From NCBI GenBank assembly GCA_963801815.1, contig CAWDGJ010000006.1, forward strand, positions 52,283-116,282: a DNA stretch of 64,000 bases, read 5' to 3'. Source of the stretch: an uncultured Verrucomicrobiae bacterium. GTDB taxonomy: Bacteria > Verrucomicrobiota > Verrucomicrobiia > Chthoniobacterales > UBA10450. This document shows, piece by piece, positions 1 to 8,967 of the stretch. Both the position numbers and the translations under genes were made by a program. The notes beneath the pieces are model-generated. The model searched no databases. It saw only the letters and a list, made by a program, of their open reading frames with translations, and was not told where the DNA came from. Positions within the stretch are counted from its first letter, which is position 1, and each line of letters starts with the position of its first letter.

Positions 1-18
1 GGCCTGTGGCCGGTCGCT

Positions 19-44
19 CACGGCGCATAGCGCCGTGGCTACAA
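19..44 (-). repeat. REP-like unit (TTGTAG followed by a hairpin with 8-bp stem and 3-nt loop)
   Basis: Minus strand reads ttGTAGc-cacggcgc-tat-gcgccgtg. The same GTAG+hairpin design recurs at 12051, 16007, 25312, 54622 and 55693. Confidence 0.6.
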
Positions 45-45
45 C

Positions 46-780
46 TCAGCGAGTAAAAATTAATTTTATCCCGGCGATCGTGAGCACGGTTGCGAGAAAG
101 ATCGCAATGCCTCGCACCGGAAGCCGCCGGCTTCCCAAGTACGATCCGATCGATCCTCCAAGGATCGCGGGAATCGCTAGATAGATTCCCAATGCTGGAA
201 CCGAATGTTTGGCCGAAAAATATCCGACGAGGCCACCAATTGAATTTACCAAAATAAACAATGCAGAAATCGCCGCGGCCTGTTTGATCTTCGCCCATCG
301 ACAGAAGAGCACCAACGGCGTCAGGAATATTCCGCCGCCCGTTCCAGTGAGACCGGACAGAAATCCAAGACCCGCACCGACGCTAATAGCGAGTGGTTTT
401 CCAGGAGGGTTCGTTTGGGGCGGATCGCTTCGACGAAAAATCAATCTGGCAGCCGAGAAAAGGAGCACGACGCCAATCAGAATTCTGAGCGCACCGGCAG
501 AAGGTTGAAGATAACCGCCGGCGTAGGCCGCGGGGACCGACAGGAGCGCGAACGGCCAAAATAATTTCCATGAGAAATATCCTGCTCGCCAAAATTGAAA
601 CGAGCCGATAATCGCGACCAAAATGTTCAACACCAGCGCAGTCGGGCGAATCACGGTTGGCGCCAGGCCAAATAAGGTCATGGTGGCGATGTAACCTGAG
701 GCTCCGGCATGCCCGACCGACGAGTACAGGAACGCGATCAACGCGATGGCAAGACAAAGGAGAGCGAGTTCGGTATTCAC
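46..780 (-). CDS. TSUP (TauE/SafE) family anion exporter, integral membrane protein
   Basis: 244-aa ORF, hydrophobic throughout. Two Gly-rich halves (SVGHAGASGY, LTGTGGGIFLTP) are typical of the family. Confidence 0.8.
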   Translation of the reverse strand: MNTELALLCLAIALIAFLYSSVGHAGASGYIATMTLFGLAPTVIRPTALVLNILVAIIGSFQFWRAGYFSWKLFWPFALLSVPAAYAGGYLQPSAGALRILIGVVLLFSAARLIFRRSDPPQTNPPGKPLAISVGAGLGFLSGLTGTGGGIFLTPLVLFCRWAKIKQAAAISALFILVNSIGGLVGYFSAKHSVPALGIYLAIPAILGGSIGSYLGSRRLPVRGIAIFLATVLTIAGIKLIFTR

Positions 781-850
781 GCTGAATTTGAATTCTGACC
801 CGCGAGTGCGGCGTCAGGATCGATTCCTGTTGTAACGGACAGAGCCAGCA

Positions 851-1177
851 ATGAGAACCATCATTTTACTTACTATTTCCAACACGTTCATGAATCTGGC
901 CTGGTATGGTCACTTGAAATTTAAAGATCAACCGCTTTGGATCGTTATTTTAGCGAGCTGGATAATCGCTTTCTTCGAGTACGCTTTTCAAGTTCCGGCG
1001 AACCGCATCGGATCGAATGAGTGGACGATCCCGCAATTGAAGATTTTGCAGGAGTGTATCACGCTGATTGTCTTTACCTTGATCGCGTTCGTGCTTTTTC
1101 GCTCGCCGGTGAAGTGGAATTATCTCGTCTCCTACGGTCTCATCGTCAGCGCGGTCTATTTCGCCTTTAAGTTTTGA
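851..1177 (+). CDS. small DMT-superfamily membrane protein (DUF486-like)
   Basis: 108-aa ORF with about 4 hydrophobic helices. The N-terminus NTFMNLAWYGHLKF resembles DUF486. Divergent from the TSUP gene. Confidence 0.6.
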   Translation: MRTIILLTISNTFMNLAWYGHLKFKDQPLWIVILASWIIAFFEYAFQVPANRIGSNEWTIPQLKILQECITLIVFTLIAFVLFRSPVKWNYLVSYGLIVSAVYFAFKF

Positions 1178-1356
1178 CGGCAGGGCTCATCGCCGGCAAG
1201 CGTCTACTTATTAAAGTCGGTGCTTGGGAACAATCATGCCGCTCCGCGGCAAACTACAAGAGGGTCATATAGATGCACTAGCGGGAGCGTAGATACCGCT
1301 ACAACTGCTTCCGCTTTTGCTTTCCCACGCTACCGTGTTCGGTGATTCCGATTGTT

Positions 1357-3546
1357 ATGGCGGCGGAAATTCAACCAGCAAATCCAGCGCACACGAACCG
1401 GCTCGCGCACGAAAAGTCGCCTTATCTTCTTCAGCACGCCCATAACCCGGTCGATTGGTATCCGTGGGGCGATGAAGCGTTTGAAAAGGCACGCCGCGAA
1501 AACAAACCAATCTTCCTCTCGATCGGATACTCGACTTGTCATTGGTGTCATGTGATGGCGCACGAGTCCTTCGAGGACGAAGAAATCGCGGCGATCATGA
1601 ATCGCGAATTTGTGAACATTAAAGTGGATCGCGAAGAACGGCCGGATGTTGATCGCGTTTATATGACGTTCCTACAGGCGACCACCGGAGGCGGGGGTTG
1701 GCCGATGAGCGTTTGGCTCACACCTGATCTAAAACCGTTCGTGGGCGGAACATATTTTCCGTCGGAAGACCGTTACGGTCAGCCCGCTTTTCGGAAAGTT
1801 TTGGAACGAATCGCAACCGCGTGGAAACAAGACCACGAGAAAATCATCGAGAACGGGACGAAGATTGTTGATGCGCTGCGCGAGTCGCAGTCGTCCGCGG
1901 CAGATACGTCTGTCAAGCTCGACAGCAGCATACTCGAAAAAGCGTACCAGCAACTCGATCGGAGTTACGATCCGCGCGAAGGCGGATTCAGTCCGGCGCC
2001 AAAATTTCCACGACCCGTGGCGCTGAATTTTTTGACTCATTTCTACGCGCGCGATCCAAACAGTGAATCGGGCAAGCACGCGTTGGAGATGGATTTGTTT
2101 ACTTTGCGCAAAATGGCGGCCGGCGGAATTCACGATCATGTCGGTGGCGGATTTCATCGTTACTCGGTTGATCGTTACTGGCACGTGCCGCATTTCGAGA
2201 AAATGCTTTACGATCAGGCGCAGCTTGCAATTGCCTACGTCGACGCGTTTCAAATCACCCAAGATCGACAATACGCAGACGTGGCGCGCGACATTTTGGA
2301 TTACGTCGCGCGGGACATGACTTCAAAAGACGGCGGGTTCTTTTCCGCAGAGGATGCCGATAGTGCAGAGGTAGGGTCATCGCGCGGCGATGACCACGGT
2401 CGGCGCAGTGCGGCGACGCTACCAAAGAAAGAAGGCGCGTTCTATGTTTGGACGGAGAAGGAGATCGACGACGCGCTTGGCGCCGATTCGGCAGTTTTCA
2501 AATATCGTTACGGCGTCCAGCCGCACGGCAACGCGCCAGAAGGCAGTGATCCGCAGGATGAATTTCGGGGCAAAAATATTTTGATTCAGCGGCACACAAT
2601 CGCTGAAACGGCCAACCATTCCAAAAAGAGTGAGGACGACGTTCGACAATTGCTTGCCCGAAGCTGCGCGAAATTATTCGCAATCCGCAACCAGCGGCCA
2701 CGTCCGCATTTGGATGACAAAATCATTTCGGCGTGGAACGGCTTGATGATTTCCGCCTACTCACGTGCCGCACAGGTTTTGGATGAGCCGCGTTATCTCG
2801 AGGCTGCGAACCGCTCGGCAGAATTTCTGCGCGCGAACCTTTACGGTGACAAACTTCTTTTCCGTAATTTTCGCGAAGGCCGCGGAACGGTTGAAGGTTT
2901 CGCCGATGATTACGCGTTCGTCATTCAAGGACTGCTGGATCTCTACGAAGCGTCATTCGATGTCGAATGGTTGAAGTTCGCTATCGCGTTGCAAGCAACT
3001 CAGGACCGTCTGTTCTTCGACGAAAATCGCGGCGGCTATTTCAGCACCAGTGGCAAAGACAAGAGCGTTGTATTGCGAATGAAAGACGACAATGACAGCG
3101 CTGAGCCGGCCGCGAGTTCGGTCGCGGCGTTGAACTTGCTGCGATTGGCGCAATTTCGCGGCGACAAGAATTTCCAAGACCGTGCGCGGAAGACGCTCGA
3201 AGCCTTTACGCCGGCGGTGAATCATTTTGCCAGCGCCATGCCGCAATTGTTGGTGGCATTTGAGTTTAGTTCGAGCAAACCGCTCCAGATCGTGATCGCC
3301 GGCAAGATTAACGACGAACAAACAAGAGCGCTCCTCAACGAAGTGCATCGCCATTTCTCGCCAAACCAAGCCCTAATTCTCGCCGATGGCGGCGAAGGTC
3401 AGAAGTTCCTCGGCGAAAAGAACGAAGCGATCCGCGCCATGTCACCGGTTGATGGCAAACCCGCCGCTTATGTCTGTGAGAATTTCACCTGCAAAACGCC
3501 AGTGACTGATATCAAGGCTTTGAACGCGCTGCTATCGCGTGAATAA
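1357..3546 (+). CDS. thioredoxin-domain protein, DUF255/YyaL (SPATA20-like) family
   Basis: About 730-aa ORF. N-terminal [13 protein letters not shown]...[11 protein letters not shown] thioredoxin-like motif, followed by a long alpha-helical (six-hairpin-like) region. ATG at 1357; an in-frame GTG at 1342 is also possible. Confidence 0.85.
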   Translation: MAAEIQPANPAHTNRLAHEKSPYLLQHAHNPVDWYPWGDEAFEKARRENKPIFLSIGYSTCHWCHVMAHESFEDEEIAAIMNREFVNIKVDREERPDVDRVYMTFLQATTGGGGWPMSVWLTPDLKPFVGGTYFPSEDRYGQPAFRKVLERIATAWKQDHEKIIENGTKIVDALRESQSSAADTSVKLDSSILEKAYQQLDRSYDPREGGFSPAPKFPRPVALNFLTHFYARDPNSESGKHALEMDLFTLRKMAAGGIHDHVGGGFHRYSVDRYWHVPHFEKMLYDQAQLAIAYVDAFQITQDRQYADVARDILDYVARDMTSKDGGFFSAEDADSAEVGSSRGDDHGRRSAATLPKKEGAFYVWTEKEIDDALGADSAVFKYRYGVQPHGNAPEGSDPQDEFRGKNILIQRHTIAETANHSKKSEDDVRQLLARSCAKLFAIRNQRPRPHLDDKIISAWNGLMISAYSRAAQVLDEPRYLEAANRSAEFLRANLYGDKLLFRNFREGRGTVEGFADDYAFVIQGLLDLYEASFDVEWLKFAIALQATQDRLFFDENRGGYFSTSGKDKSVVLRMKDDNDSAEPAASSVAALNLLRLAQFRGDKNFQDRARKTLEAFTPAVNHFASAMPQLLVAFEFSSSKPLQIVIAGKINDEQTRALLNEVHRHFSPNQALILADGGEGQKFLGEKNEAIRAMSPVDGKPAAYVCENFTCKTPVTDIKALNALLSRE

Positions 3547-3555
3547 TAGCGCGCT

Positions 3556-4293
3556 GTGAGTAGCAACCGCGCTATCGTTTTTTTCGCATGGGGCTCAGAC
3601 TGGATGAAGCGCGCGGCGGCGTGCATTCGCGAAAGCCAGCTTCCGGGCTATCCAATTTTCGTAGTAACCGATTCGGAAACCAACATCAACGAGCTGCCGA
3701 AAAACGTAGAAGTTATTCGACTGGTTTTTCAGTTGTCAGGCAAAGCAAGAAAGGCCGAATTTTTCGTGCGGACGCCGGAGAAGATTGGTACCGCGTTGTT
3801 TCTCGACGCCGACACACGCGTGATCGACGACGTGTCGCTCGGCTTTGAGAAAGCAGAAGAGCACGGGATGGCGATCGCGCCCGCGCCGCACTATTCGCTC
3901 GCGGACTTCCGCGATTTTGGTCAGGTCATGACGAAGGAGGGCATCAATCCGCTCGGACAGATGATTTACAATACGGGCGTGATCTTCGCCACGCCGCATC
4001 GGCCGGATGTTCACGCTGTGTTCCAGCGAACGTTGGAACTCGCGCAAAAATATCGGGACAAACCGTGGAACGAGCAGCCGTATTTCACGCTGGCGATGGA
4101 GCTCTTGCACTTCAATCCGTACACCTTGTCGCCCAGCTTCAATCATCGGGGGTTCGGCGAGTTGATCAGCGGCTCGATCCGCATCTGGCATTCGTATGAC
4201 CCGTTGCCGCGCAATGCTGCGTCCCTGGAGAAAGGCTATCTTCATCGCCACGAGAAGGGGAAACTGGTCAAGGCGGTGAAAGTTCCTTTGTGA
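3556..4293 (+). CDS. putative GT-A fold nucleotide-sugar glycosyltransferase (GT8-like)
   Basis: 245-aa ORF with a GTG start 9 nt after the upstream stop. IVFFAWG N-terminal strand and LFLDADT (DxD-like) motif. Its stop overlaps the next start (TGATG). Confidence 0.45.
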   Translation: MSSNRAIVFFAWGSDWMKRAAACIRESQLPGYPIFVVTDSETNINELPKNVEVIRLVFQLSGKARKAEFFVRTPEKIGTALFLDADTRVIDDVSLGFEKAEEHGMAIAPAPHYSLADFRDFGQVMTKEGINPLGQMIYNTGVIFATPHRPDVHAVFQRTLELAQKYRDKPWNEQPYFTLAMELLHFNPYTLSPSFNHRGFGELISGSIRIWHSYDPLPRNAASLEKGYLHRHEKGKLVKAVKVPL

Positions 4294-5360
4294 TGGCGAA
4301 CAATTCGTCGCGGATTGTTCTTCACATCGGCGCTCCCAAGACGGCGTCGACTTATTTGCAGCGCCGGCTGCGCGCGAACGCGGCGACATTGCGCAAGCAC
4401 AGCATTTACATTCCGGTTCTTCCTGCCGTTGCGGCAATGGCAGGCAACGCAAAACTCTTGGCGACAACGCTGAGCCGGCGCCCGTCGTTGACCTTTCAAC
4501 GCGGGTTCCCGGAAATCGACGTTGCGAAACTCGATCCGGGGCAAATTGTCGCCGAACTGCTGTCAGATTGGAAAACAGGGTCGGAATCGATTGTTCTTTC
4601 CGCCGAGAATTTTCGGCCGAATCACGCCCAGCGACTGCGGGAACTGGTTCCAAGCTCAACGCCATGCGTGATTGTCCTGCTCGTGCGGCGGCAGGATCGC
4701 TGGATTGATTCCTATTACAATCAGATGGTGAAGACGAACGAAACCGCCGAAGAGATTGGCGCATTTGTCGCCCGACTATGTGATACCGATGGCGAAAGAT
4801 TGTGCCGGCCGGATTGGTTTGCTCATTATGAAACCTGGCGGAGCGCCTTTGGAAATTGTCGCGTCTTGTTCTATGACGAAGTTGCCAGTGACGTGTTTGG
4901 CGCGTTCATGAATGCGGCTGGTTTTCTGTCGGTGCCAGATTTGATCGATGTCGATCGCGCACAAGTCTCTTTAAACACGTATGAAGTCGCTTACCTCCTC
5001 GAGCAAACGCAGCCATTGGAATTCTCTGACTTTCTTCGGCGCAAGGGCGCCAGCGAAAAAGCATCTCGTCGGCTCGGCCTGGAAAAAACACAAAGCTTTC
5101 TTTCCGATGTCGATCTCAAGCGATTGCACGAGCGATTTGATGAGTCTAACCGGCGATTGATCGCTACTTTAGATCGAGAAAAAAATCCGCCGCCGCTGGA
5201 AATCGATGCCGCTGCCAATTCAGATTATTACTGCGACCTCCGGCAGCTCGTCATCTCCGAATCGTATGCAAAATATCGCAAGCTCGCTGACGCGATTTAT
5301 TCACGGCGAAAGCGTGAGAGTTGGTTTTCATTTGGCCGGTCCGTTAATCGATGCGTGTGA
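4293..5360 (+). CDS. putative sulfotransferase
   Basis: N-terminal IVLHIGAPKTASTYLQ resembles the 5'-PSB P-loop of PAPS-dependent sulfotransferases. Start and stop overlap both neighbouring genes. Confidence 0.5.
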   Translation: MANNSSRIVLHIGAPKTASTYLQRRLRANAATLRKHSIYIPVLPAVAAMAGNAKLLATTLSRRPSLTFQRGFPEIDVAKLDPGQIVAELLSDWKTGSESIVLSAENFRPNHAQRLRELVPSSTPCVIVLLVRRQDRWIDSYYNQMVKTNETAEEIGAFVARLCDTDGERLCRPDWFAHYETWRSAFGNCRVLFYDEVASDVFGAFMNAAGFLSVPDLIDVDRAQVSLNTYEVAYLLEQTQPLEFSDFLRRKGASEKASRRLGLEKTQSFLSDVDLKRLHERFDESNRRLIATLDREKNPPPLEIDAAANSDYYCDLRQLVISESYAKYRKLADAIYSRRKRESWFSFGRSVNRCV

Positions 5361-6733
5361 TGAAGTCCAATATTCTTCTGATCATGTGCGACCAACTTCG
5401 AGCCGACGCACTCGGTTGCACCGGCGGTTGGGTGAAAACTCCAAACATCGATCGAATCGCGCGCGAAGGGATGCGGTTCACAAATTGCGTGACGAATGCG
5501 CCGGTTTGTTTGCCAGCGCGTATCTCGATGGCCACCGGACGTTATCCGCACAACACCGGGGTCTGGGATAATTGCCCGTACGAGTTGCCCGAGGGCACGC
5601 CAACCTGGATGTCGGCGATCCGCAACGCCGGTTATCGAACGAGCGTGTTTGGAAAAACCGCGCTTCACCGCGGCGGCCCCGATCTGCGCAAATTTGAATA
5701 CAAACTACATTCCTACGGTTTGGACGATGTCGATGAAATCCGCGGGCCGCACGCGACGGTCGATATCGTCTGTAATATGACCGAACGCTGGAGAAGTCTC
5801 GGTTTGCTCGAAGCGTTTCAGAAAGACATGAAGGAGCGGGGCGGAAAAAATCGGACACTGGCAAGACCATCGACGCTTCCGTTGTCCGAGTACTACGATG
5901 TGTATGTCGGTCAGCGAGCTAAAGATTATCTCCGCAGCTACAAACGATCGCTGCCATGGTTTTGCTGGGTCAGTTTTGCCGGACCGCACGAGCCGTGGGA
6001 CACACCCGAGCCGTTCGCCAGCCTGTATCGGGCGGAAGATATGCCAGAACCGTTCAAGCGCCCGCCAGACAGAAAGCGCGGGCCGACCGGTGAATTGGAT
6101 CGCCGATTTGCCGAAGCGTCACGGGATGGAATTCCGAACGCGAAAGAATTGCGGGCGAGTTATGCGGGAAAGGTTTCACTGATCGACGATCAGGTTGGTC
6201 AGATTCTCAGCGAAATCGAAAGCCGTGAAGAATTGGATCGCACTGTCATACTTTTTACTTCCGACCACGGTGAAATGAATGGCGACTACGATTTGATTCA
6301 TAAATCGAACTTCCTCAACCCCGCGGTGCGTGTTCCGTTCATTATCAGCACGCCGGAGATCAAAAAGTCCTCTCACGCAGGAACGCCCAACGATGCACTG
6401 ATTGAATGGTTCGATGCGGGTCCGACGTTGGCGGACGTTGCCGGCGCGACGCTCAACTATACGCAATTCGCGCGCTCTCTGACTCCAACTCTTGAAAATC
6501 CGAACACTGAGCATCGCAGTTTCGCGATTTCAGAATTACTGAATGAGATCATGTATCTCGATCGGGATTGGAAGCTGATGCTGAATCGGAGACGCGAACC
6601 ATATCGATTGTTCGATGTCAAAAACGATCCACAGGAGATGGAAGATCTGGTTGGCCGGCGCGAGCACGAGTCCCTCGTAAATGAATTGAAGCGCCGAATT
6701 GCCGATCGCTTGAAGGAAACTGGAGGCGCGTGA
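5360..6733 (+). CDS. type I (formylglycine-type) sulfatase without signal peptide
   Basis: CLPARISMATGR matches the signature C-x-P-x-R-x4-T-G-R (Cys codon at 5507). Also has LLIMCDQLRAD near the N-terminus and SDHGE. ATG 5360 overlaps the upstream TGA; ATG 5351 is also possible. Confidence 0.85.
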   Translation: MKSNILLIMCDQLRADALGCTGGWVKTPNIDRIAREGMRFTNCVTNAPVCLPARISMATGRYPHNTGVWDNCPYELPEGTPTWMSAIRNAGYRTSVFGKTALHRGGPDLRKFEYKLHSYGLDDVDEIRGPHATVDIVCNMTERWRSLGLLEAFQKDMKERGGKNRTLARPSTLPLSEYYDVYVGQRAKDYLRSYKRSLPWFCWVSFAGPHEPWDTPEPFASLYRAEDMPEPFKRPPDRKRGPTGELDRRFAEASRDGIPNAKELRASYAGKVSLIDDQVGQILSEIESREELDRTVILFTSDHGEMNGDYDLIHKSNFLNPAVRVPFIISTPEIKKSSHAGTPNDALIEWFDAGPTLADVAGATLNYTQFARSLTPTLENPNTEHRSFAISELLNEIMYLDRDWKLMLNRRREPYRLFDVKNDPQEMEDLVGRREHESLVNELKRRIADRLKETGGA

Positions 6734-6737
6734 TTTC

Positions 6738-7598
6738 ATGGACATGGGCGAGAAGCGCAATGTTCTCATCACCGGGATCCCACGCTCGGGAACAACGCTG
6801 GTTTGTTCGCTGCTTAACAAGTTGCCCGACATCGTGGCGTTACACGAGCCAATGGACGTTTGGGATTTTGTGAACTGTCGAGATGGCAATGAAATCGCAG
6901 ACTTAATCGGAAAATTTTGCGCGGAGTCGAGGGAATCGTTGCAACAACAAGGTTTCGCGATTTCCAAACACGTTGGCGGCGAAATTCGCGACAACGCCGC
7001 CGGCAATCAGGTTGATAGCGCGGGGAAGCGAGTGCGTCGCACTGAGCACGGTAAAATCCTAATTGATAAGCCACTGTCGCAGAATTTTACGCTCGTGATC
7101 AAACATCCGCTGGCGTTTACGGCGCTACTCGACCCTTTGTCGCAGAAGTTCGAGTGTTACGCGATGGTCCGAAATCCCCTGGCCACGCTCGCGTCCTGGA
7201 ACAGTCTTGATTGGCTCAAAGTCAAACAGGGGCATGCGCCAATCGCGGAAAAATTGGATGCCGATCTTGGGCGAAAGCTCGGCAATGCATCCGACGCGAT
7301 CGAACGCCAGATTCAGATTTTGGAATGGTCGCACGATCGGTTTCACCGTTTTCTGCCGGAGCAGGCCGTCATCAGGTACGAAGATTTGATCGCCAGTCGC
7401 GCTCGTGAGTTGGCGAAAATTTTTCCGGCGGCAGCGGGGTTTGACGAAAACCTGGTTTCGAGAAACCTGAACAAATTTTACGATCGCGACCTGATGGTGG
7501 AGCTGGGACAGCGGCTAATGCGCCGCGATGGGCCGCTCTGGAATTTTTACTGCAGGCGCGACGTCGAGAATTTGATCAGCGACGCGGCGCCGCATTGA
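6738..7598 (+). CDS. sulfotransferase family protein
   Basis: 286-aa ORF with a [13 protein letters not shown] 5'-PSB-type motif. Starts 4 nt after the sulfatase stop. Confidence 0.6.
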   Translation: MDMGEKRNVLITGIPRSGTTLVCSLLNKLPDIVALHEPMDVWDFVNCRDGNEIADLIGKFCAESRESLQQQGFAISKHVGGEIRDNAAGNQVDSAGKRVRRTEHGKILIDKPLSQNFTLVIKHPLAFTALLDPLSQKFECYAMVRNPLATLASWNSLDWLKVKQGHAPIAEKLDADLGRKLGNASDAIERQIQILEWSHDRFHRFLPEQAVIRYEDLIASRARELAKIFPAAAGFDENLVSRNLNKFYDRDLMVELGQRLMRRDGPLWNFYCRRDVENLISDAAPH

Positions 7599-7608
7599 GA
7601 GCGCCGCT

Positions 7609-7896
7609 CTAAATTCCTTCGATAACGAGCATGTTCGTTTTCGCGGTGCGATGGCGCATTTTGCGCGGCTCGCGGTATTCCTCGCAATTGAGCCACTCTT
7701 TGGCGCGGGCCACGGTCGGGAATTCAAGAATCACGATCCGTTTCGGTTTCCAATTGCCTTCGAGGATTTCGGCCTTTCCGCCGCGAACGATGTATTTGCC
7801 GCCGTACTGGTGAACGGTCGCCGCCGCTTGCTTTTTGTATTCCTCGTAGCCGACCGGATCGGTGATTTCGATTTCGACAATGACGTAAGCAGCCAT
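7609..7896 (-). CDS. DUF1330 domain protein
   Basis: 95 aa starting at [14 protein letters not shown] (internal ATG of the 125-aa ORF). Paralog of the adjacent gene. Confidence 0.8.
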   Translation of the reverse strand: MAAYVIVEIEITDPVGYEEYKKQAAATVHQYGGKYIVRGGKAEILEGNWKPKRIVILEFPTVARAKEWLNCEEYREPRKMRHRTAKTNMLVIEGI

Positions 7897-7898
7897 AG

Positions 7899-8186
7899 CT
7901 AGACTCCTTGGACTAAGATCATCTTTGTGTTTGCCGTTTGCTTCCGGATCAGGCATGGCTGGCGATATTCTTCGCAATCGTGCCATTCTGTTGCGCGATC
8001 CATAGAGGGAAACTCAATCACCACGATGCGTTTGGGGCGCCAATCGCCTTCCAGCGTTTCTACGCGGTCACTGACAGCAATGTATTTGCCGTCATATTTT
8101 TCAACGAGCGGGACGACGGCCTTGCGGTATTCTGCAAATCCGGCCGGATCGAATACGTCGATATCAATAATCATATAGGCGGGCAT
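7899..8186 (-). CDS. DUF1330 domain protein
   Basis: 95 aa, [14 protein letters not shown]... Collinear with the downstream paralog at roughly half identity. Only 2 nt of intergenic gap. Confidence 0.8.
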   Translation of the reverse strand: MPAYMIIDIDVFDPAGFAEYRKAVVPLVEKYDGKYIAVSDRVETLEGDWRPKRIVVIEFPSMDRATEWHDCEEYRQPCLIRKQTANTKMILVQGV

Positions 8187-8206
8187 AAAAAAAGCTGGTC
8201 ACCTTG

Positions 8207-8950
8207 TCACTTGGATGAGACGGAACCGTTGCCTTTGCCGCGATCTTTAGCGGCCAGCTCAGGGATTCTTTTGCGCCGCCGCAAGCGCATCCAGTTATTC
8301 CACGTTTTTCGAAGACTGTCTCGAGGCGTGAGATACTGCTGATTGAGCTCGTTGCTCTTGAGAATCTGGGCAAGGACGCCTTTCACTGAGAAATCGTCAG
8401 TGTTCAAAATCGTGTAGGCGGTGCCGACTGCCGCCGCGTGATGCGCGTCGCTGGCAGCAACCATGGGCAAGCCACGAACCTGCGCGTACTTGAACGCATA
8501 CCGATTGTAACGGCGCAGCGTCGTGGCGGCGTTGAAAACTTCGATCGCATCGACCGGCAGGGTTTCCAGCACCGAAAAACGAATCCCGGCGCGGAACAAA
8601 TCGTAAGGGTGTGGCGGAATGGCCAGGCCGCCGCGCCTATGGATGATCTCACAAACTTCACGAGCTGGCTTTCCCTTCAAGTATGGCAGCTCGGCGCCGA
8701 TGCACAGCAGATGACCATCAGCGGTCGTGACTTCGACGCCCGGCAAAACGAGAAAACCATCGACCGGCTGACCGTCGAGCCGCATCAAACCTTTCTCGAG
8801 CATATAGGTGACCGCATCGCACGTGTTGTGATCGGTCATTGCAATGCCGTGCAAACCTTTGGCCTTGGCGGCGGCGATCAAATCTTCCGGACTCGAAACG
8901 CCGTCTCCGGAAAAAAAAGAATGAGTATGAAGGTCGAAATTAAGCGGCAT
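8207..8950 (-). CDS. PHP-domain metal-dependent phosphoesterase
   Basis: N-terminal FDLHTHSFFSGDG and MTDHNT His motifs are typical of the PHP (TrpH/YciV-like) family. Confidence 0.8.
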   Translation of the reverse strand: MPLNFDLHTHSFFSGDGVSSPEDLIAAAKAKGLHGIAMTDHNTCDAVTYMLEKGLMRLDGQPVDGFLVLPGVEVTTADGHLLCIGAELPYLKGKPAREVCEIIHRRGGLAIPPHPYDLFRAGIRFSVLETLPVDAIEVFNAATTLRRYNRYAFKYAQVRGLPMVAASDAHHAAAVGTAYTILNTDDFSVKGVLAQILKSNELNQQYLTPRDSLRKTWNNWMRLRRRKRIPELAAKDRGKGNGSVSSK

Positions 8951-8967
8951 GTCAGCTCGACGTTCTA

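Noticed and set aside
1285-1310. Additional GTAG REP unit (gttGTAGcggtatctacgc on the minus strand).
   Set aside because: The stem is only 4 bp and the architecture differs from the 8-9-bp stem and 3-nt loop family.
3736-4764. Long antisense ORFs opposite well-supported genes. Examples: 3736-4764, 20568-21314, 25415-26071, 27509-28261, 36121-36876, 45682-46503, 55887-56717, 56893-57759.
   Set aside because: Each is fully overlapped by a gene with clear family motifs on the other strand. Their translations are Arg/Ser/Pro-rich low-complexity with no recognisable motifs. This is the typical shadow-ORF behaviour of moderately GC-rich DNA.
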